Shown piece by piece: positions 35,328 to 44,913 of a stretch of DNA of 64,000 nt. A program made the translations under genes and the position numbers. Within the stretch, counting starts at the first letter, position 1; every line of letters begins with the position of its first letter. Source of the stretch: Saccharofermentanales bacterium (GTDB lineage Bacteria; Bacillota; Clostridia; Saccharofermentanales; DTU023); assembly GCA_041655695.1 (NCBI GenBank), contig JBBAEW010000001.1, positions 30,999 through 94,998 of the forward strand, in the 5' to 3' direction. Under the pieces are notes generated by a model, which did no database searches, was not told the origin of the DNA, and saw nothing but the letters and a program-made list of their open reading frames with translations.

Positions 35328-37505
35328 ATGACCCAGCTGCTTTACCCTTATCGGGCCCTTTTCTCACCCCTGCGAATCAACCAGCTGACCTTAAAGAACC
35401 GCCTGATCATGGCCCCCATGGGCAATATCTCCATGGCCGAGGAGACAGGACGGCCGAGCCCTTCCATGATTGCCTATTATGAGGAACGGGCCAGAGGCGG
35501 TGTCGGTCTGGTCACTTCGGGCCTGGTTCCCGTTTCCTTTGGCATCGACCCCTCCCTGACCGAGCCGGGTAAACTGACCTACTTCCCCAAAATCCTGGGA
35601 AGCCGCACCCATCTGGCCGGCTGGCGGGATCTGGCCCATGCCGTACACGCGGGCGGGGCTCACTTCTTCATCCAACTGTCGGCGGGCCTGGGCCGTGTCG
35701 GCAATCCTCAATGCCTGATCAACCAGGGGAAATTCCCGGTTTCCGCCTCCTTCAACCCCAATTTCTACCTGCCGGGGGTTCCCTGTCTGCGCCTGTCTGG
35801 CAGGAAGCTCAAGCGTATTGTCAAAAATTTCGGCCAGGCAGCGGCAGACGCCAAAGAAGCCACCATCGATGGTGTTTATCTGCACGGCCACGAGGGCTAC
35901 CTTCTGGAGCAGATGTCCAACCGGGCCTTCAACAGGAGGAAGGTTGGCCGTTATGCCGACTGGCAGCGATTCGGCCTGGATGCGGTCAGGGAGATCCGCA
36001 GGCGGACCGGGCCCGACTACCCCATCATGTACCGGATTGACCTGTCGCTGGCCCTGAAGGCGACCTATGGGGACCGCATGGATACGGTCAAATCTCTGGC
36101 CAAATTCAAGCGTGAACGCACCCTCAATGAGACCTTCGCTTACATGAGGAACCTGGTTGAGGCCGGCGTGGACCTCTTCGATGTCGATCTGGGCTGCTAC
36201 GACAACTGGTGGCTGCCCCATCCGCCGGAGACCATGAAACCCGGCCTCTTTCTGGAGGTTGCTCAGGCGGCCAAAGACTTCTTCTTCGAGCACAAAATTG
36301 TCACCAACCAGGGCCAGCCGGTCGCCATCGCCGCAGTCGGCAAGCTGGGCTACCCGGATCTGGCGGAAAAAGCCCTGGCGGATGGCCTGTGCGACCTGGT
36401 TATGCTGGGACGGCCCTTGCTGGCCGATCCCCAGTGGCCCAACAAGGCCTATGCCGGCTGTGTCCCGGATATCCGGCCCTGTATCGGCTGCCAGGAGGCC
36501 TGTGTCCATGAATTCATCCAGGGCGGTCACCCCATGTGCGCCGTCAATCCGCGGACTTCCTTCGAGCTGACCCTGCCGGCAGAGATCAGCCGCGCCCCCC
36601 AAAGCAAACGTCTGGCGGTCGTGGGTGCGGGCCCTGCCGGCTTTGAGTGCGCCATGGCGGCCCTTGACCGGGGCCATGAGGTTCACCTCTTCGATCTGCA
36701 GCCGGGTGTCGGCGGCATGGTCCGGCTGGCATCCGTCCCCCCCTTCAAAAGAGATACCCGCAACTACCTGGAGTGGATGGAGCGCACTGCTTCCAAGGCC
36801 CGCAGGGATAATCCCCTCTTCCGCCTGAAGACGGGGACGGAGGCGACCTTGAAAGTGCTGACGGAGGGTCAATACCAGGCCATCGTCTGTGCCACGGGCA
36901 GCCGGGAACGGATTCCTGAGCTGGAGGGAATTGAAGTGGCCCTGTCGGCCCGCGATCTCCTGCGCAACCCCTCCCTCCTTGAAGGCAAAGAGCGAGTGGT
37001 CATTCTGGGGGGCGGTCAGCTGGGCTGTGAAATTGCCTTCATGGCGGCATCGGCCTACAAGCTCTCCGTCACCCTGGTGGAGCGGCTCCCCAACCTGATG
37101 GAAGGGGTCTGCACGGCCAACCGCGGCCACCTGATCCACGAGCTGGAGAAACGCCAGGTCCAGGTGATGAACGCTGCCAAAGCTTTGGCGCTGGAGCCGG
37201 GCAAAGTCATGGTTGAAGTCAATGTCTCGCCCACGGTCCCAGACCCTTACAATACCTGGAACCCCCTCCTGCCCAAAAATGTACCCAATCCCCTGGCACG
37301 GCCTATCAAGGAAGTCCTGGAGAAGAGGGAGCTGGACGCGGATCTGATCGTCCTGGCCACGGGCAGTCAGGCCAATGATGAACTCTACCGCCTGCTCCTG
37401 GAAACATACGCTGCGCCTCAGATTCACCTGATCGGGGATGCCGACCGGCCGGGCATGATCGTCCAGGCCGTGCGGGCAGGCTACCGGACCGGAATTAATC
37501 TCTAG
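35328..37505 (+). CDS. OYE-family NADH:flavin oxidoreductase fused to FAD/NAD(P)-binding domain (2,4-dienoyl-CoA/enoate reductase-like)
   Basis: ORF 35235..37505. The N-terminal LFSPLRINQLTLKNRLIMAPMG TIM-barrel start favours ATG 35328; GTG 35235 behind GGGAGGG is an alternative. Has a Cys cluster CIGCQEAC and a dinucleotide fold LAVVGAGPAGFECA. Confidence 0.8.
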   Translation: MTQLLYPYRALFSPLRINQLTLKNRLIMAPMGNISMAEETGRPSPSMIAYYEERARGGVGLVTSGLVPVSFGIDPSLTEPGKLTYFPKILGSRTHLAGWRDLAHAVHAGGAHFFIQLSAGLGRVGNPQCLINQGKFPVSASFNPNFYLPGVPCLRLSGRKLKRIVKNFGQAAADAKEATIDGVYLHGHEGYLLEQMSNRAFNRRKVGRYADWQRFGLDAVREIRRRTGPDYPIMYRIDLSLALKATYGDRMDTVKSLAKFKRERTLNETFAYMRNLVEAGVDLFDVDLGCYDNWWLPHPPETMKPGLFLEVAQAAKDFFFEHKIVTNQGQPVAIAAVGKLGYPDLAEKALADGLCDLVMLGRPLLADPQWPNKAYAGCVPDIRPCIGCQEACVHEFIQGGHPMCAVNPRTSFELTLPAEISRAPQSKRLAVVGAGPAGFECAMAALDRGHEVHLFDLQPGVGGMVRLASVPPFKRDTRNYLEWMERTASKARRDNPLFRLKTGTEATLKVLTEGQYQAIVCATGSRERIPELEGIEVALSARDLLRNPSLLEGKERVVILGGGQLGCEIAFMAASAYKLSVTLVERLPNLMEGVCTANRGHLIHELEKRQVQVMNAAKALALEPGKVMVEVNVSPTVPDPYNTWNPLLPKNVPNPLARPIKEVLEKRELDADLIVLATGSQANDELYRLLLETYAAPQIHLIGDADRPGMIVQAVRAGYRTGINL

Positions 37506-37516
37506 GGAGACTGGCC

Positions 37517-38656
37517 ATGACAGCAAGACAAAATAAAGACCAGCCCCTGCGGCTTCTTGTGATCGGCTGCGGCCGGGCTTCCCGGGCCCACTTCAAGGCC
37601 ATCGCCTATCTTGAGAAGAAAGGCCGGGTGGTCCTGGGCGGGCTGGTGGACCGCGACCCGGCCATGATGGGGGAGGTCCTGGCCCAAAGGGACAGGAGAC
37701 TTGCCAAGCCCTACATCTCCCAGGACCTGGACGCGGCCCTGGCAGACAACCGTTTCGATGCGGCGGTCATCGCCACGCCGCCCCTGACCCACGCACCCCT
37801 GGCCCTCAAAGCCCTGGACGCCGGCTGCCACCTGGTCATGGAGAAGCCGCTGACCCTGGATCTGGGCCAGGCCGACCAGATCCTGGAGAAGGCAAAGGCA
37901 GAACAAAAGCTGATTGCCATGGGTTTCAAGTACCGCTACATACCCGGCGTCGAAGCCATCCGATCCCTGATTACCAGCGGAGCCCTGGGCCCTGTGCTCT
38001 ACGGGACCACGACCGTCCGCTGGGGCCATGATCAGGCCTATTACGATCAGGCACCCTGGTTTGGAAGCTGGGAGGCGGAGGGCGGAGCCCTGATGAATCA
38101 GGGTATTCACGCCCTGGATCTCATGGCCTGGCTCATGGATGCCCGGCCTCTGGAAGCCGCCGCCGTCCTGGCCCGCCAGGCCCACGACATGGAGGCGGCC
38201 GATCTGGTATCTGGAACCCTGACTCTGGAGAACAATGCTTATCTGATGATTGAGGCGACGACCAATACCAGGCCGGATTACATGGAGGCATCCTTCTTTC
38301 TCCGCTGTGGGGAGGGTACCGTCCGGGCCTCTTTCGCCTCCGGCAAACAGTCGGTTTCGGTCCGGCGGGATGACGGTAAGGATCTGGCTCGAGGCCTGAT
38401 CTGGAAGGCTGTCCGGGGGCATATCCGCCGCCAGGGTTCCGGCCTCATCCGCCATCTGGGCAATCCCTACACCTTCCTCTATCTGGATCTCCTGGAAGCC
38501 ATCCGGGACAAGCGGGATCCACTGGCTCCCGGCCAGGCCGGCCGCGAATCCCTGGCTCAGGGACTTGCCCTCCTGCAGGCAGGCAAGGAGAAGCGGACCG
38601 TCCCCTATCCGCCCCAGGCCTTTACCATGGGGGATCTGGCTGGTTTATTCGACTGA
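37517..38656 (+). CDS. Gfo/Idh/MocA-family oxidoreductase
   Basis: ORF with N-terminal Rossmann LRLLVIGCGRASRAH and an EKP motif (VMEKPLT). SD AGGGAGA. Confidence 0.8.
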   Translation: MTARQNKDQPLRLLVIGCGRASRAHFKAIAYLEKKGRVVLGGLVDRDPAMMGEVLAQRDRRLAKPYISQDLDAALADNRFDAAVIATPPLTHAPLALKALDAGCHLVMEKPLTLDLGQADQILEKAKAEQKLIAMGFKYRYIPGVEAIRSLITSGALGPVLYGTTTVRWGHDQAYYDQAPWFGSWEAEGGALMNQGIHALDLMAWLMDARPLEAAAVLARQAHDMEAADLVSGTLTLENNAYLMIEATTNTRPDYMEASFFLRCGEGTVRASFASGKQSVSVRRDDGKDLARGLIWKAVRGHIRRQGSGLIRHLGNPYTFLYLDLLEAIRDKRDPLAPGQAGRESLAQGLALLQAGKEKRTVPYPPQAFTMGDLAGLFD

Positions 38657-39319
38657 TTCGTCCCGTGAAAGGTATTGACGGGCCAGATTAACCAGGCTAG
38701 AAGCGCCCAGTCTGGTCGCTCCCAAACGCATGAGCTCCTCTGCTTCCTCCAGGGTCCGGATGCCTCCGGAGGCCTTGATGCCGACCTTGGGGCCCACGTG
38801 TTCCTTCATGAGCCGGATATCCGCGGCCGTTGCCCCGCCCGAGGCAAAACCGGTTGAGGTCTTGATGAAATCGGCCCCTGTATCCGTGACAATCCGGCAA
38901 AGATGAATCTTCTCGGATTCGGTCAGCTCACAGGTCTCTACGATTACTTTAAGGATGACATCCTCGCAAAGATCCCGGATCTGGCTGATCTCGTCCTCAA
39001 CGAAATCCCAGAGCCCATCCTTGACCCAGCCCAGGTTGATGACCATATCAATTTCATCGGCTCCGCTCTCCAGGGCGTCTTCCGTCTGGAAAAGCTTGGA
39101 ACCGCTGGTGTCATAGCCGTTTGGAAAGCCGACGACTGTACAGACAGCCAGCTCTCCCTGGACAAAGGAAACAGCCTCCTGGACATAGGAAGGCGGAATG
39201 CAGCAGGAAGCACAGCCGAAGCGGATGCCCTCATCCAGCAGGGTCTCAATCTGACTCCAGGTGGCCGTAGGGCGAAGGAGGGTGTGGTCGGTAGCGCTCA
39301 GAATTTTCTTGATATCCAT
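38645..39319 (-). CDS. deoC: deoxyribose-phosphate aldolase
   Basis: ORF with DHTLLRP, LKVIVET, FIKTSTGF and KASGGIR motifs. Its 3' end overlaps the convergent gene by 12 nt. Confidence 0.92.
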   Translation of the reverse strand: MDIKKILSATDHTLLRPTATWSQIETLLDEGIRFGCASCCIPPSYVQEAVSFVQGELAVCTVVGFPNGYDTSGSKLFQTEDALESGADEIDMVINLGWVKDGLWDFVEDEISQIRDLCEDVILKVIVETCELTESEKIHLCRIVTDTGADFIKTSTGFASGGATAADIRLMKEHVGPKVGIKASGGIRTLEEAEELMRLGATRLGASSLVNLARQYLSRDESVE

Positions 39320-39417
39320 AGTTCATCCTTCCAGGACATGCAGCCGATTCAATCGGCAGGTGAAGCTGTAGATATGATAGCAGGGAGGGCCGATACTTGA
39401 ACAGCCGGGCCCGGATC

Positions 39418-40215
39418 CTATTTTTTAATGAAGAGTTGGACCCAGTAGTATCCATACTCACTGCCCGGTACATGGACGCAGGCGAATCCGATATCGGTAT
39501 AGCCCTTGTTGTCCTCATCCAGCATGTTCTTTTTGTGGCCGGCAGATGCCAGCCAGCCGTTGATGACACCTCTGGCCGTTGAGCGGCCGGCAGCGATATT
39601 TTCAGCGCAGCAAGTATGACTGATCGTGATAGCGGTATCCCATTTCTTGCCGTTTGGCCGCGTGTGGGAAAATTGCTCGACAATCTCCTGGGCCCGGACT
39701 TTGGCCGAAGCCAGCAGGGAGGCGTTCATCTGCAGGGGCCCCTTGCCCACGGCGGCCCTTTCCTGATTGAGAATGACCAGGGCCTGCTGAGCCAGGTCAT
39801 CCCGGAAGGTCGGTGCCTGGGTGGTGCTTGTCTTTTTGGTTGTCGTGGGAGTTGTTGTTTTAGTCGTTGTGGCCGCCTTGGTTGTGGTCGTCGGTTTCCT
39901 GGTGGTCGTGGGCTTAGCGCTTGTGGGTTTGGTTGTTTCAGGCGCGGCAGGGTTTGTCTCCGCCGCTGTAGACGTCTCCTGGGAGGACTCTTCAGGCGGG
40001 GGCAGGGAAGACTCCGGACAAAAAACATTATCGCCTTCTTCCGCCAGAGGGACCGTGGGGGTCGGACTTTCAACAGAAGTTCCTGTGGTAGTAGTGGGTG
40101 AGGTGTCTGTCAGATCAGTCGGGGGAATCTCTGGTGAGGGCCGGGGCGGACGGCAGGCTAACACAGAGCCTAGAAGCAGGAAGAGGGAAAGGCAGAGGGT
40201 CAACTTCCGGAGCAT
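39418..40215 (-). CDS. CAP/SCP-domain lipoprotein with Thr/Pro-rich linker
   Basis: ORF with signal plus lipobox SVLAC, a low-complexity linker and a C-terminal CAP domain (GHKKNMLD, YWVQLF). Confidence 0.75.
   Translation of the reverse strand: MLRKLTLCLSLFLLLGSVLACRPPRPSPEIPPTDLTDTSPTTTTGTSVESPTPTVPLAEEGDNVFCPESSLPPPEESSQETSTAAETNPAAPETTKPTSAKPTTTRKPTTTTKAATTTKTTTPTTTKKTSTTQAPTFRDDLAQQALVILNQERAAVGKGPLQMNASLLASAKVRAQEIVEQFSHTRPNGKKWDTAITISHTCCAENIAAGRSTARGVINGWLASAGHKKNMLDEDNKGYTDIGFACVHVPGSEYGYYWVQLFIKK
39820..39939 (-). repeat. low-complexity Thr/Lys/Pro-rich coding tract
   Basis: Encodes TTKPTSAKPTTTRKPTTTTKAATTTKTTTPTTTKKTSTT. Confidence 0.7.
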
Positions 40216-40354
40216 GGTTCAGGACCTCCATATAGTTAGTATGACTTATAATAGCATGTGGGTGTTATATTCATACAGGGTATTCAGGAATCTGTCTCCG
40301 GGACGCATCATGAAGAAAAATCCTTGCTCGGCAGGCCTTGCCGGCCCAAGCGAC

Positions 40355-40383
40355 TTACCTCCCGGCGGACTTTCTGATAGAAT
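40355..40383 (+). promoter_or_regulatory. candidate extended -10 promoter of the ABC exporter gene
   Basis: TTACCT-17 nt-TAGAAT with TG at the extended -10 position, about 60 nt upstream of ATG 40443. Confidence 0.4.
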
Positions 40384-40442
40384 CATTCATTGGGCCGTCG
40401 TTTGAGGATAATTTTGGGACTTTGGGAAAGGGATTGCTTTAG

Positions 40443-42212
40443 ATGGCAAAAGACATGCAGCCAGATCAAAAACAGAGAAGACTTATTTCACGCTTTGCTT
40501 CCTACTACAAGCCCTATCTGTGGCTCTTTACGGCGGATCTTTTCTTCGCGGCCATTGAAGGAGCCGTCGGGCTTGCCTTCCCGTCCATTATCCGCTATCT
40601 GATCAATGACGTCTTCACCATGGCCGACCGGGCCCTGATTGTGCCCATCCTGACCCGGACAGCTCTTCTGATGCTGCTCCTCTATGTGGTCGAGGCCATT
40701 GCCCTCTATTTCGTCACTTCCTACGGCCATATTCTGGGAGCCCGGATTGAGACGGACATGCGGCGGGAACTTTTCACCCACATGGAAAAGCTCTCCTTCT
40801 CCTTCTATGACAACACCAGTACAGGCAAGATGGTCTCCCGCCTGATCACCGACCTTAACGACATCACGGAGCTGGCCCACCATGGCCCCGAGAATGTCTT
40901 CATCTCCTTTTTTAAACTGGCGGGCTCCTTTATCATCCTGGCCCTCATCCATGTGCCCATGACCCTGATTCTCATCTTCTTTACAGGGGTTATGCTGGCG
41001 GTGACCCTGGGCTACCGCAAGATGATGACCAACGCCTTCATGGACAACCGGCGCAAGATCGCCGACGTCAACGCCATCGTCCAGGACAGCCTGTCGGGGA
41101 TCCGGACCGTCCAGTCCTTTTCCAGCGAAGAGGTCGAGATGGAGAAGTTCTCTCAGGGCAACGAGGCCTTCTACCGGTCCAAGCGCCGCACCTACATGGT
41201 CATGGGCCGTTACCACACCCTCAACCGCTTCATGCAGGGTATGCTTTACCTGACGACCCTGGCAGCCGGCGGCATCTTTGTCGTGCGCGGCACTCTCAAC
41301 CCCGCCGACGTCATCGCCTATATTCTTTACATCAATATGTTCCTGGATCCCATCCGCACCCTGATCATGTTCAACGAACAGTTCCAGCAGGGCATGACGG
41401 GCTTCAAGCGCATGATTCAGATTCTGGACACAGCTCCCGAAATCGCCGACCGGCCCCAGGCTGAGGACGCGGGCGAGCTGGACGGCCGGATTGTCTTCGA
41501 CCAGGTCACCTTCCGCTATGAAGATGAGAATGTCCTGGACCGCCTGTCCTTCACCGTTGAAGCGGGCAAGACCATCGCTCTGGTGGGTCCCTCGGGGGTC
41601 GGCAAGTCCACCATCTGTTCCCTGATTCCCCGTTTCTATGATGTGACGGAGGGCCAGGTTCTGATAGATGGAAAAGATGTGCGTGACTACACCCTGGATT
41701 CACTGCGCAGCAATATCGCGGTCGTCCAGCAGGACGTTTACCTCTTCAACAATTCCGTCCGGGACAACATCGCCTATGGCAATTGGGAGGCCAGCCTGGA
41801 AGAGATCAAGGAAGCGGCCCGGCGGGCCAACATCGACGACTTCATTGAATCCCTGCCGGACGGCTATGACACCATGGTCGGTGAGCGGGGGGTCCGTTTC
41901 TCAGGCGGTGAACGCCAGAGGATTTCGATCGCCCGGGCCTTCCTTAGAAACCCGCCCATCCTGATTCTGGATGAGGCGACAAGCTCCCTGGACAACATCA
42001 GCGAACGGGCCATCCAGGCAGCCCTGGACGATCTGTCCCGCGACCGGACAACCCTGGTCATCGCCCACCGCCTTTCCACCATCCGCAATGCCGACGAGAT
42101 CCTGGTTCTCTCGGACAGGGGCATCGCCGAGCGGGGAAGTCACGCCGACCTCCTGGCCAAGGGCGGCCAGTACGCCTTCCTTTACAAGAGCCAGTTTGCC
42201 GATATGGAATAG
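40443..42212 (+). CDS. ABC exporter, fused permease/ATPase (MsbA/multidrug type)
   Basis: 589-aa ORF with an N-terminal 6-TM domain, Walker A GPSGVGKST, signature FSGGERQR and Walker B ILILDEATSSLD. Confidence 0.9.
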   Translation: MAKDMQPDQKQRRLISRFASYYKPYLWLFTADLFFAAIEGAVGLAFPSIIRYLINDVFTMADRALIVPILTRTALLMLLLYVVEAIALYFVTSYGHILGARIETDMRRELFTHMEKLSFSFYDNTSTGKMVSRLITDLNDITELAHHGPENVFISFFKLAGSFIILALIHVPMTLILIFFTGVMLAVTLGYRKMMTNAFMDNRRKIADVNAIVQDSLSGIRTVQSFSSEEVEMEKFSQGNEAFYRSKRRTYMVMGRYHTLNRFMQGMLYLTTLAAGGIFVVRGTLNPADVIAYILYINMFLDPIRTLIMFNEQFQQGMTGFKRMIQILDTAPEIADRPQAEDAGELDGRIVFDQVTFRYEDENVLDRLSFTVEAGKTIALVGPSGVGKSTICSLIPRFYDVTEGQVLIDGKDVRDYTLDSLRSNIAVVQQDVYLFNNSVRDNIAYGNWEASLEEIKEAARRANIDDFIESLPDGYDTMVGERGVRFSGGERQRISIARAFLRNPPILILDEATSSLDNISERAIQAALDDLSRDRTTLVIAHRLSTIRNADEILVLSDRGIAERGSHADLLAKGGQYAFLYKSQFADME

Positions 42213-42256
42213 GCCGCAAGAAGGCTCCCAAACGAGGGCATATCCTGATCTTCAGA

Positions 42257-42290
42257 GGGTCCGCCGGTCATGGCCGCGGACCCTTTCTCC
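42257..42290 (+). terminator. terminator after the ABC exporter
   Basis: GGGTCCGC...GCGGACCC 8-bp stem followed by TTTCTCC (weak U-tract). Confidence 0.55.
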
Positions 42291-42319
42291 TTGAATGGCA
42301 CCTGTCGCCGTGCTAGAAT
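42291..42319 (+). promoter_or_regulatory. sigma-70-type promoter of ahcY
   Basis: TTGAAT-17 nt-TAGAAT with TGc extended -10, about 50 nt upstream of ATG 42372. Confidence 0.65.
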
Positions 42320-42371
42320 TTAGCTGATTTTACTAAGAGGAAACGATCCTGGCAGGGAGAGGTTGGACGCT

Positions 42372-43616
42372 ATGTCAGAAATATTCGACATTGATCTGAA
42401 AGACGAGGGTCTCCGGCGCATCCTATGGGCCGAACGCCACATGCCCGTTCTGGCAGCCATCCGCCAGCGTTTTGAAAAAGAGAAACCCTTCGAGGGTCTC
42501 CGCATCTCGCTGGCCATTCACCTGGAAGCCAAAACAGCCTGTCTGGTGAGGGCTCTTCGCCGGGGCGGGGCCGAGGTCTATGTGACCGGCTCCAATCCCC
42601 ATTCGACCCAGGACGCCATCTGCGCTGCCCTGGTCGCGGACGGCTGCCAGGTCTTCGCTGTTCACGGCGCTTCTTTCGCGCAATACAGGGAATTCTGGAA
42701 GAAAACCCTGAGCCTGGAACCCCACATCGTCATCGATGACGGGGCGGATCTGATCAATCTGCTCATGGGCGACTGCAAGGCTTATGCCGGCAGCCTGATC
42801 GGGGCTTGTGAGGAGACGACTTCCGGTGTCCAGCGCCTGCGGGCCTGGGACCGCCAGGGCCGCCTGACTTTCCCCGCTATCGCCGTCAATGACGCCAAGT
42901 GCAAGACCTGGTTTGACAACTACTACGGGACCGGTCAGAGCACTATCGGCGCCATCATGCGGGCCACCAACCTCATGCTGTCGGGCATGACCCTGGTCAT
43001 CGCCGGCTACGGCTGGGTGGGGCGGGGTATCGCCCGTATGGCGGCCGGCCTTGGCGCCCGGATCCTGGTTACGGAGATTGATCCCATCGCGGGTTTCCTG
43101 GCGGTCATGGACGGCTTTGAGCTCATGGAGATGGATGAAGCGGCCAGCCGGGGGGATCTCTTTGTCACGGCAACCGCTTCCATCGACGTCATTACCCCCC
43201 GCCACTTCGAGCGGATGAAACACAACGCCATTTTGTGCAATGCCGGCCACTTCAACAGGGAGATTGACCTGGAAGCGCTGGCGGCCATAGCAGACAGGGT
43301 TGAAACGGTGAGAGAAAATATCACCGCTTATACAATGAAAGACGGCCGTGAGATCCATGTCATCGCACAGGGGGCTCTGGTCAATATCGCGGCGGCGGAC
43401 GGACATCCGGTCGAGATTATGGATCTGTCCTTCTCGCTGCAGGCACTGAGCGCTGAATACCTTGTCAGCAACCGCTCAATTCCGGGCGGGGTCTACCCCG
43501 TACCGGAGGCGATCGACCGCAGTGTCGCTGCCATCAAACTGGATTCGGCAGGCATTGTGATCGACCGGGAGACTCCGGCACAAAAGGAGTACCGGCAAAA
43601 AGATCTGATTGTTTAG
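42372..43616 (+). CDS. ahcY: adenosylhomocysteinase
   Basis: ORF 42363..43616 (TTG); ATG 42372 preferred. Has NAD fold VIAGYGWVGRGIA and NAGHFNREID; the short archaeal/Clostridial-type length fits. Confidence 0.9.
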   Translation: MSEIFDIDLKDEGLRRILWAERHMPVLAAIRQRFEKEKPFEGLRISLAIHLEAKTACLVRALRRGGAEVYVTGSNPHSTQDAICAALVADGCQVFAVHGASFAQYREFWKKTLSLEPHIVIDDGADLINLLMGDCKAYAGSLIGACEETTSGVQRLRAWDRQGRLTFPAIAVNDAKCKTWFDNYYGTGQSTIGAIMRATNLMLSGMTLVIAGYGWVGRGIARMAAGLGARILVTEIDPIAGFLAVMDGFELMEMDEAASRGDLFVTATASIDVITPRHFERMKHNAILCNAGHFNREIDLEALAAIADRVETVRENITAYTMKDGREIHVIAQGALVNIAAADGHPVEIMDLSFSLQALSAEYLVSNRSIPGGVYPVPEAIDRSVAAIKLDSAGIVIDRETPAQKEYRQKDLIV

Positions 43617-43633
43617 TAAAACAGGAAGAAAAA

Positions 43634-44821
43634 ATGGAGGAATTTATGAAAAGCATCATGAAAAAACTGCTTGTGGCCGGCCTGGTTCTGGTTCTGATGG
43701 CCGGGGCCGCCTGCGCGCCCTCGACGCCCAAGCCCGAGCCGACGGATACGGCGGCTCCGACCGGAACGGTCGCACCGACGGCAGGCGAAGAAAAGGGCCT
43801 CAAGATCGCCATCGTGACCACCTCGGGTGTTGACGACGGCTCCTTCGGGCAAGACTGCTACAACGGAATTTTGCAGTTTATTGACAAGAACCCGGCTTCC
43901 ACCGTCAAAACGGTCAAGGAACCCGACAACGCCAAAGTCCTGCAGGCTGTCGCCGATATCTTCGCTGACTACGATGTCCTGGTTCTGCCGGGCTTCCAGT
44001 TTGCCCCAGTCGGCGTCCTGGCCATGGAAAACACGGACAAGCGGGTCATCCTGGTGGACAGCGCTCCTACGGATGAAGAAGGCAATGAGCTGGAGCTGGA
44101 CAATGTCTACGGCATGATGTTCGCTGAACAGGAAAGCGGCTTCTTCGCAGGCGTCGCGGCCGCCCTTGAAACCAAGACAGGCAAGGTTGCCTCGGTTCAC
44201 GGCATGGCCTTCCCTCCGGTTGTCAACTACCAGTTCGGCTTTGAAGCCGGCGTTGCTTACGCCAACGCCCACCTGGGGACCCAGGCCGAAATCATTTCCC
44301 TGCCTTCCTATGCCGGTGTTGATGTCAGAGGCGTCAATGTGGGCAGCAACTACGTGGGAGACTTCGCGGATGAGGCGACCGGCAAACTGATCGGCGCCAC
44401 CCTCTATGACATGGGCGTCGACATTATTTTTGTAGCCGCGGGCGCATCCGGCAACGGTGTCTTCACAGCTGCCAAGGAGCGGAGCGGTGTCTACTGCATC
44501 GGCTGTGATGTCGACCAGTACGATGACGGCGACCGGGGTGACGGGACCAACATCATCCTGACCTCCGGCCTGAAAGTCATGCACCTGAACGTGGACCGCC
44601 AGCTCCAGGCTATCCTGGACGGCACCTTTGCCGGCGGAAATGTGGTCCTGACTGTCCAGACCGACTCAACGGGCTATGTCTCGGCGGATGGGCGTCACCA
44701 GATGTCAGCGGACACCCTGGCCAAGCTGCAGGATGTTTACGGCAAGGTTAAGGGCGGAACCATCGTGCCGCCTGCCAACTTCAGCGAAACCACCGTGGAA
44801 GACTTCCCCGGCCTCAAATAG
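43634..44821 (+). CDS. BMP-family (PnrA/Med-like) ABC substrate-binding lipoprotein, probably nucleoside-binding
   Basis: ORF with signal plus lipobox MAGAAC and a basic-membrane-protein pattern. Followed by a double-ATPase gene and two permease genes. Confidence 0.8.
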   Translation: MEEFMKSIMKKLLVAGLVLVLMAGAACAPSTPKPEPTDTAAPTGTVAPTAGEEKGLKIAIVTTSGVDDGSFGQDCYNGILQFIDKNPASTVKTVKEPDNAKVLQAVADIFADYDVLVLPGFQFAPVGVLAMENTDKRVILVDSAPTDEEGNELELDNVYGMMFAEQESGFFAGVAAALETKTGKVASVHGMAFPPVVNYQFGFEAGVAYANAHLGTQAEIISLPSYAGVDVRGVNVGSNYVGDFADEATGKLIGATLYDMGVDIIFVAAGASGNGVFTAAKERSGVYCIGCDVDQYDDGDRGDGTNIILTSGLKVMHLNVDRQLQAILDGTFAGGNVVLTVQTDSTGYVSADGRHQMSADTLAKLQDVYGKVKGGTIVPPANFSETTVEDFPGLK

Positions 44822-44850
44822 GGGCAGCGGACAAGTTTATGCATCAAAGT

Positions 44851-44880
44851 CCCGGAGCTCCCCTTTAGAGGAGCTCCGGG
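44851..44880 (+). promoter_or_regulatory. intra-operon stem-loop after the binding-protein gene
   Basis: Perfect 11-bp stem CCCGGAGCTCC / GGAGCTCCGGG with an 8-nt loop and no good U-tract. Confidence 0.6.
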
Positions 44881-44913
44881 TGTCTTGCAGTCAAATGAAG
44901 AGAGGATGGGCCT

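Noticed and set aside
35391-37526. 711-aa ORF antisense to the whole OYE-type reductase gene.
   Set aside because: It fully overlaps a gene with clear family motifs. Its translation is Gly/Arg/Ala/Pro/Gln-rich with no recognisable domain and no SD. This is a typical shadow ORF of a high-GC coding region.
42213-42371. Possible SAH riboswitch upstream of ahcY.
   Set aside because: The spacer is accounted for by a terminator, a good promoter and a ~45-nt leader. There is no room for the SAH element and no resemblance to it.
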